From: an uncultured Gemmatimonadales bacterium
GTDB taxonomy: Bacteria; Gemmatimonadota; Gemmatimonadetes; Gemmatimonadales; JACORV01
Length of the DNA stretch: 64,000 nt
Reading direction: 5' to 3'
NCBI GenBank assembly: GCA_963806755.1
Contig: CAWDZR010000029.1
Location: 282,780 to 346,779 of the forward strand
Shown here: one piece after another, positions 58,581 to 64,000 of the stretch
Layout: each line of letters opens with the position of its first letter
Position numbering within the stretch: the first letter of the stretch is position 1
Notes under the pieces: generated by a model
What the model saw: the letters and a program-made list of their open reading frames with translations, nothing else
Databases searched by the model: none
What the model was told of the DNA's origin: nothing
Program-made: the position numbers and the translations under genes

Positions 58581-59168
58581 TTAGAGATCGATCCCCTTCT
58601 CCAGCTGCTCGAGACCGGCGTCGATGATCGCAACCTGATCTCGCGGCGACTCATGAGGCTCGGTCAGCGCGAGGGCGAACACGACTCCCATCATCGCGCC
58701 GGCAAGCACGCGCAACTCGAACTCGTCCGAACTTCTACCGCTGCGCTCCGCGACGATCTCGGTAACAAGGTTGACCATGCCAGCGATCTCGCCCAGCATG
58801 CGGGCCTGCAGCTCGGGGTTGGCGAAGATCAGCTCCTCGCGCTGGCGAACGACCTCGAACTCTTCCTCCGGAAGCTGGTCGAAGACGCTGCGCACCGCGT
58901 TCCGCAGCGCCTGGATCGCGCTCAGCTCGGGCGGCTGCGCCTCGAAGGCGTCGAACATCAGCGGGTCGGTCGGGTCGAAGAGCACGACGTCTTCCTTGGT
59001 CGGGAAGTAGCGGAAGAAGGTGCTCGGCGAGACCTCGGCCGCCTCGGCGATCTGCTCGACGGTGGTGGCGTCGTAGCCCTGCTCGTGGAAGAGCCGCAGG
59101 GCGTGCTCCTGGATGGCGGCGCGCGTCTTGGCCTTCTTGCGCTCGCGCAGCCCCAGGAGGTAGGTCAT
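58581..59168 (-). CDS. TetR/AcrR-family transcriptional regulator
   Basis: Intact 195-aa track ORF; HTH RAAIQEHALRLFHEQGYDATTVEQIAEAAEVSPSTFFRYFPTKEDV. Confidence 0.88.
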   Translation of the reverse strand: MTYLLGLRERKKAKTRAAIQEHALRLFHEQGYDATTVEQIAEAAEVSPSTFFRYFPTKEDVVLFDPTDPLMFDAFEAQPPELSAIQALRNAVRSVFDQLPEEEFEVVRQREELIFANPELQARMLGEIAGMVNLVTEIVAERSGRSSDEFELRVLAGAMMGVVFALALTEPHESPRDQVAIIDAGLEQLEKGIDL

Positions 59169-59171
59169 CTG

Positions 59172-60318
59172 TCAGGCGATGAGCTCATGACTCGATTCTA
59201 CTCGTTGCGACGACGCTTCGCGCCGCGCCGGCTCGCCGCGCGGCAGGAAGACGAGCGCCAGCAAGACCCGACGACGGCCGACGCCGCACAGACCAGCGAG
59301 CATCACGTCCATGCCGTGCACGAAGGCGCTGCGCACCGAGCTGAGCAGCGACGCCGAGCCGAGCTTGTGCGCGACGGCGAGGCCGGCGAAGACGCTCTGT
59401 CGCGCGCTGCGCGCCGCCGAGGCGGGCAGACCGGCCAGGTCGAGCCCGCTGCGGTAGGCGGAGTTCATGATCGAGCCCAGGATCGCCGACGCCGAAGGTG
59501 CCGCCGACCATGCGCACCGCCTGCATCAGTGCCGAGCCGACGCCGCTGCGCTCGGGCGAGAGCGCGCCGAGCGCCGCGTCCATCGCCGTCGGCATGGCGA
59601 AGCCGACGCCGGCGCCGCAGATGGTGATCCAGGCGGCCGCGAAGCCCTCGCCGCTGGTGACGCTCGTGGTCGCGCCGATCGACCAGGGCCGCGGCCGAAG
59701 ATCGCGAAGCCCGAGCGCCACCGTGACCTTGGCGCCGGCCGCGCGCGCCAGCCGCGGCCGAGCACCGCCCCGACGATCAGGCCGCCGATCATCGGCAGCA
59801 GGCGCAGGCCGCTGCCCAGGGCGTTCGTGCCGAGGATCGCCTGGAAGTACTGCGGCACGGCGAACATCAGCCCGAACATGGCGAACGACACCAGTGGCGA
59901 AGGTCGTGCCCCAGGTGAAGCCGGGCGAGCGGAAGAGGGTGAGGTCGACGAGCGGTTCGCGGACGCGCCGCTCCCAGAGCACGAACAGGCCGAGCACGAG
60001 ACGCCGGCGATCATCTCGACCGAGTGCGCCGGTTGCCCCAGCCCTTCTGGCCGGCTTCGATCACGCCGTAGACGAGCACCGCGAGGCCCGGCTCGAAGTG
60101 GCGATACCGAGCGGATCGAAGCGCCGCGCCCTCTCGCTGCGAGACTCCGGCAACAGGAGGCGACCACGCGATGAGGGCGATCACGACGACCGGGACGTTG
60201 ATCAGGAAGACCGAGCCCCACCAGTAGGTGGTCAGCAGCCAGCCGCCGAGGATCGGGCCGATCGGGTAGCCGAGCACAGTGGCGGCCATGATCGTCGCGA
60301 TCGCCTTGGGCCGCTCCT
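59172..60318 (-). pseudogene. MFS (DHA2/EmrB-like) transporter, N-terminally truncated by the fold-back and frameshifted
   Basis: Fragments in several minus frames: ERPKAIATIMAATVLGYPIGPILGGWLLTTYWWGSVFLINVPVVVIALIAW, LPESRSERARRFDPLGIA, VYGVIEAGQKGWGN, LGLFVLWERRVREPLVDLTLFRSPGF, ITICGAGVGFAMPTAMDAALGALSPERSGVGSALMQAVRMVGGTFGV, C-terminus ...HGMDVMLAGL. The first ~4 TM helices are missing. Confidence 0.7.
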
Positions 60319-60323
60319 CGTCG

Positions 60324-61298
60324 CTGTGGTCGCCTTCTTGCCGGAATCTCGCAGCGAGAGGGCTCGGCGCTTCGATCCGCTCGGTATCGCCAGCTGCGCG
60401 GCGGGCCTCGCCGTTCTCACCTACGGCATGATCGAAGCCGGGCAGAAGGGCTGGGGTAATACGGCGCACTGATCGAGATGGTTGCCGGACTTCTCGTGCT
60501 CGGACTGTTCGCGCTCGTTGAGCGGCGCGTGCGCGAACCGCTCGTCGACCTCGGCCCCAACTCGCCCGGCCTACGTCTGGGGCACGACCTCCGCCGTCTT
60601 GCTCTCGTTAGTTCGGGCTGCTCTTTTCGTGCCCGCCTTCTTCAGGAAATCTTCGGAACGAACGCCATGGGCAGCGGCGAGCGCCTGCTGTCCGATGATC
60701 GGAGGGTTGATTGTCGCGGCGGCGCCTCGGTACGCGGCTGGCCGCGCGGCTCGGGGCCGGATCACGGTGGCGCTGGGGCTCGCGATCTTCGGCTTCGCCA
60801 TGGTCATGGGCGCAACCGCGCCAGCAGCGAGCTCTTCATGATCACGCTCTGCGGCGCCGGTATCGGCCTGGCGATGCCGACGGCGATGGACGCCGCGCTG
60901 GCCGGCTCTTCTCGCCCGACAGCGCGGGCGCCGGCTCGGGGATGGTCCGGCGCTGCGCCATGGTCGGCGGCACCTTCGGCTCGGCGGTGCTCGGTTCGAT
61001 CCTGAATTCGATCTACCGCGGCGGGCTCGGACCTGGCCGGTCTTCCCGCCTCGGCGGCGCGGAGCGCGCGTCAGAGCGTCGTCGCCGGCGTCGCCGTCGC
61101 AAACAAGCTCGGCTCGGCGTCGCTGCTGCGAGTTCGGTACAGCACTCTTTCGTGCGCGGCATGGACGTGATGCTCGTAATCTGCGGGATCGTCACAGCAT
61201 TCGGAGTCTTGCTGGCGCTTCTATATGCCCGGAAAGACCGCGCGGCTTCGAAGCGTCCCTCGCAACGGTCAGAATTGAGTCATGAGCTCGACGGCTGA
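60324..61298 (+). pseudogene. degraded mirror copy of the MFS transporter C-terminal part
   Basis: LPESRSERARRFDPLGIASCAAGLAVLTYGMIEAGQKGWGN, then VAGLLVLGLFALVERRVREPLVDL..., ITLCGAGIGLAMPTAMDAAL, ...VRGMDVMLVICGIV in shifting plus frames. Confidence 0.7.
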
Positions 61299-61315
61299 CA
61301 GCGAGACCTGTAGGC

Positions 61316-61867
61316 TTGGGGCTACGCGAGCGGAAGAAGGCGGAGCACTGCTCGCCGCGATCCAGGCGGCGGCGCTACGCCTCTTCCACGCGCAGGGCTA
61401 CGACGCGACCACGAATCGAGCAGATAGCCGCCGCGGCCGAAGGGCCCCGAGCACCTTCTTCCGCTACTTTCCGACCAAGGAAGACGTCGTTCTGCTCGAC
61501 CTAGACGATCCGCTGGTGATCGACGCCTTCAGGCGCGGCCGGCCGAGCTGAGCGCGATCCAGGCGCTTCGAACGCGTACGCAGCGTCTTCGACCAGCTTC
61601 CGGAGGAAGAGTTCGAGGTCGTTCGCCAGCGCGAGGAGCTGATCTTCGCCAACCCCGAGCTGCAGGCCCGCATGCTGGGCGAGATCGCTGGCATGGTCAA
61701 CCTTGTTACCGCTGAGATCGTCGCGGAGCGCAGCGGTAGAAGTTCGGACGAGTTCGAGTTGCGCGTGCTTGGGAGTCGTGTTCGCCTGCGCAAGAGCCTC
61801 ATGAGTCGCCGCGAGATCAGGTTGCGATCATCGACGCCAGCAGCTGGAGAAGGGGATCGATCTCTAA
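61316..61867 (+). pseudogene. degraded mirror copy of the TetR regulator
   Basis: LGLRERKKAE..., YFPTKEDVVLLDLDDPLVIDAF, MLGEIAGMVNLVT in different frames; several indels (for example a 14-nt deletion relative to the left arm). Confidence 0.75.
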
Positions 61868-62035
61868 TGGAACCTCGAGCGAAACGAAGCACTCCACCGC
61901 CTGGCCGCGCTCGGCGGCGCGATGCGTCGTCCTCGGTCTCGCCCGTAGCCTCCGGCTACGAACGAGACGCTGCGTCCTAGCCTCGCACTCACCGATCGCA
62001 CCCAGTCGACGGGTCTTCATTCCGTCTCGAGGTTC

Positions 62036-62566
62036 TTACTCGTCGTCGCCGGTGGGCGGCGCGGTCTTCGTCGAGGGCGTCACTTGCTGGTCAGGCGCCT
62101 CAGAATGGCCGAGCGCGAGGGCTTGGTGGCGGTTCGCCTCGGCCACGGGCTCGAGCGCGACCAGATCTTCCAGCAGTCGCTTCGAGCGCGAGCTCGCGGT
62201 TGCGTAGCTGACTGCGCTCGTCCTGCGAGACGGCGCGCACCGTGCGGCCGAAGCGTTCGCGCAGCCGCTTGTTTCCGCACCTCGTCGAGCGAGCAGCAGA
62301 GCTCGAGGTAGGCCTCGATGCGCGTCTCGTTTTTCTGGGCGTGCTGGCCACCGGGCCCGCTCGAGCGCGAGGCACGTCTCCGCCTCGGCGCCGGGCCGCT
62401 CCAGCGCCCGCCGGAGCGTCCTCGGCCGCTCTCGCTGCGTCTGGCTTTCTGCGACTCCATTCCTGGATGATCGCAGGGCGGGCGCACGTCTCTGAGCACC
62501 CCGACGTGACCATTTGTAGCATCTCCTTGACTGAGGGATATATCGGAACCTCTCCCAGCCGATCAA
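62036..62566 (-). pseudogene. degraded mirror copy of the ArfB-like gene
   Basis: SSGPGGQHAQKNETRIEAYLEL is present only in the frame of track ORF 62080..62499; the rest is spread over other minus frames. Confidence 0.7.
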
Positions 62567-62667
62567 TGGCTTACCCCTCGCGGCCGCCGCGGCCTATAAG
62601 TAGGTAGTCCGCGCTGAACGCAAGCCGTGGGAGTAAGTAGCCGTGTGAATTCTCAAGGAGGGATGCC

Positions 62668-62974
62668 GTGTCCCATATGAGAAGCCAGACCGCAACCGGT
62701 AGTCGCCCCGGCTCGGCCTCACCGCAGCTAAAAGCACAGCGATCCGATCCGGCACTCGCCATGCCGGCGGGCTTCGTCTATGGCGAGGCGCTGCAGGGCG
62801 CGCGACGCCGTACGCCTGAAAAGAGATTTGGACGCAGCGCCGCTCGGATCCGGAAGGCGTGATCCTCGGTTGGTATGCCAACGAGCCCGACGTCGTCGTC
62901 AGCCTAAGCGAGGGTGGAATCGAGAAACTGCCGCGTGCGGCGCTCGAGCTGATCGAAGTCCGGTCGGCCGCCTA
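62668..62974 (+). pseudogene. degraded mirror copy of the 106-aa hypothetical gene
   Basis: MSHMRSQTATGSRPGS...LKAQRSDPALAMPAGFVYGEAL, then a frameshift (2-nt deletion), later a 1-nt insertion and a 3-nt deletion relative to 57445..57765. Confidence 0.7.
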
Positions 62975-63056
62975 ACGCCACATGCGAGCTGGCCGAGAGG
63001 CGACCAAGTGGAGCGGGAGAGCTCCGCGGGCCGGCGCTCCCCGCGTCCGCCGTCTT

Positions 63057-64000
63057 TTAGTGTGCCATATCGTCCGATCGGTCCGAGGCGCCGCGCGAGA
63101 AGTCGCGGCAATCACGAGGATGAGACCTTGCTCAGATCGCCCGAGCTGGGCTCCGACGTAGAACTGAGTCGCTCGAAGGTGGCGATCGGATTGCAATAGC
63201 CGGGTGGGCGGTAGGAATGGACGGCGTCCTCCATCGGCCCCGCTTCGCGCGTTATAGCGACAGGTGTTGGCACCGCCGTCCACAGCGTTCGGGCGTAGCC
63301 GATCGAGTAGATGATCGTTCCTCCGGACTTGACGGTCTTGGCCGAGGTCACGCCCTGGTGGACGGGCTGTTTCTCGGTACGGGGAGCTCGACGCGTAGTA
63401 GGTCGGGCCGAAGATATCACGCCCACATCCGAGAAGAAGATGATCACGCGGTCGACTCCGGCTCTTCCGTGGAGGTTCAGCTCGGCCTGCGCCTTCTCGA
63501 TCGCCGTTGCATAAGCCGGTGTCGCCCGCCGCCTTGATGGTCAGGAGATCGTCGGAGACCAGTTTCGACGAGGTGTTGAGCTGGCCGGTCTTGGGTCGGG
63601 CATAGTCGTTCGAGAGCGGAACGACCACATACGGGTTCGAGGCCGTGTTGTAATTCGTGTCGCTAGGCGTGTTACAGCTGCCCGAGGTACTCGTCGGCGG
63701 CGGGCAGCTGGCCAGCCCCACCCGCTGCCTGGCGGGCTCGAGGAGGCCGAACTCCTTCCGCGCGGCCTTCTCGTTGTTCCAGGTCAGTGCAGGCCGGATC
63801 GCTCTTCCCATAGTGGTCCTTGGCACATCGAGCCCCGTGCGGTCGACGACGAGCATGATGTCCAGCGGCTTGACACCGCAATACGAGCAGGCGGTCGCTT
63901 GGCGCCTGCTGAAGGACTTGATCCCGAGCACCCGGGCGAAGAACGTCGGCACCTTGGCCGTTCCTCGGCCACGACGGCATTCGCCGGATCGCTCGCGGGC
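63057..64000 (-). pseudogene. degraded mirror copy of the TadG/vWA gene (runs off the window edge)
   Basis: MPTFFARVLGI..ATACSYCGVKPLDIMLVVDRTG, CNTPSDTNYNTASNPYVVVPLSNDY, then scrambled frames. Confidence 0.7.

Larger units (their letters stand above)
56434..60166. repeat. left arm of ~3.7 kb imperfect inverted duplication (better-preserved copy)
   Basis: Hand alignment to the reverse complement of 60324-64000, gene by gene (vWA, 106-aa ORF, ArfB-like, TetR, MFS). Confidence 0.85.
60324..64000. repeat. right arm of the inverted duplication (degraded copy, continues past the window edge)
   Basis: Mirror order and orientation of the same five genes; many small indels and substitutions relative to the left arm. 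Confidence 0.85.

Noticed and set aside
56434-64000. Fold-back read as a covalently closed hairpin telomere of a linear replicon
   Set aside because: A hairpin telomere read through would give essentially identical arms meeting with no spacer. Here the arms differ by many indels and substitutions, about 157 bp of single-copy coding sequence lies between them, and the turn-around is inside a gene.

Overview
Very GC-rich bacterial chromosomal window (composition judged by eye, nothing computed). Positions 1-53.37 kb are densely packed and apparently intact, and they sit around the replication origin. dnaA-dnaN carry DnaA-box-like motifs and an AT-rich patch between them, next to divergent rpmH-rnpA-yidD-yidC. 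The stretch also holds polA, mutS, holA, ddl, cystathionine beta-synthase, an ECF sigma/anti-sigma pair, upp, apt, pyrE, mtgA, zwf, RNase P RNA and tRNA-Phe. Accessory genes include two GWxTD-type proteins, M28 and matrixin-like peptidases, an MMPL transporter, a rhomboid, a macro-domain protein, a MocR regulator with a PNPOx-like gene, and a GH47 mannosidase next to a serpin. The GWxTD proteins and overall content suggest a Gemmatimonadota-like organism (inference only). At about 53.37 kb the glucokinase gene of a zwf-HAD-glk string is cut in half and the sequence changes character. What follows is an AT-richer gap, a 57-aa Flp-type pilin gene absent from the ORF track, and Tad-pilus-associated genes (M15-like peptidase, DUF192, TadG/vWA) riddled with frameshifts. 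The window ends in a ~3.7 kb imperfect fold-back (inverted duplication) of a vWA / hypothetical / ArfB-like / TetR / MFS block. Its turn-around lies inside the MFS gene, and its right arm, running to the window edge, is a heavily degraded mirror copy. This terminal 10.6 kb is the part most worth a second look. The most economical explanations are a chimeric or fold-back assembly artefact, or decaying foreign DNA, not a demonstrable new biological system. I found no CRISPR array, transposase/integrase, rRNA or recognisable defence system. Secondary observations: several genes whose signal peptide or conserved N-terminus lies upstream of any ATG/GTG/TTG (candidate ACG or CTG initiation), an AT-rich promoter island with a 22-bp palindrome, and long chains of 4-nt start/stop overlaps.
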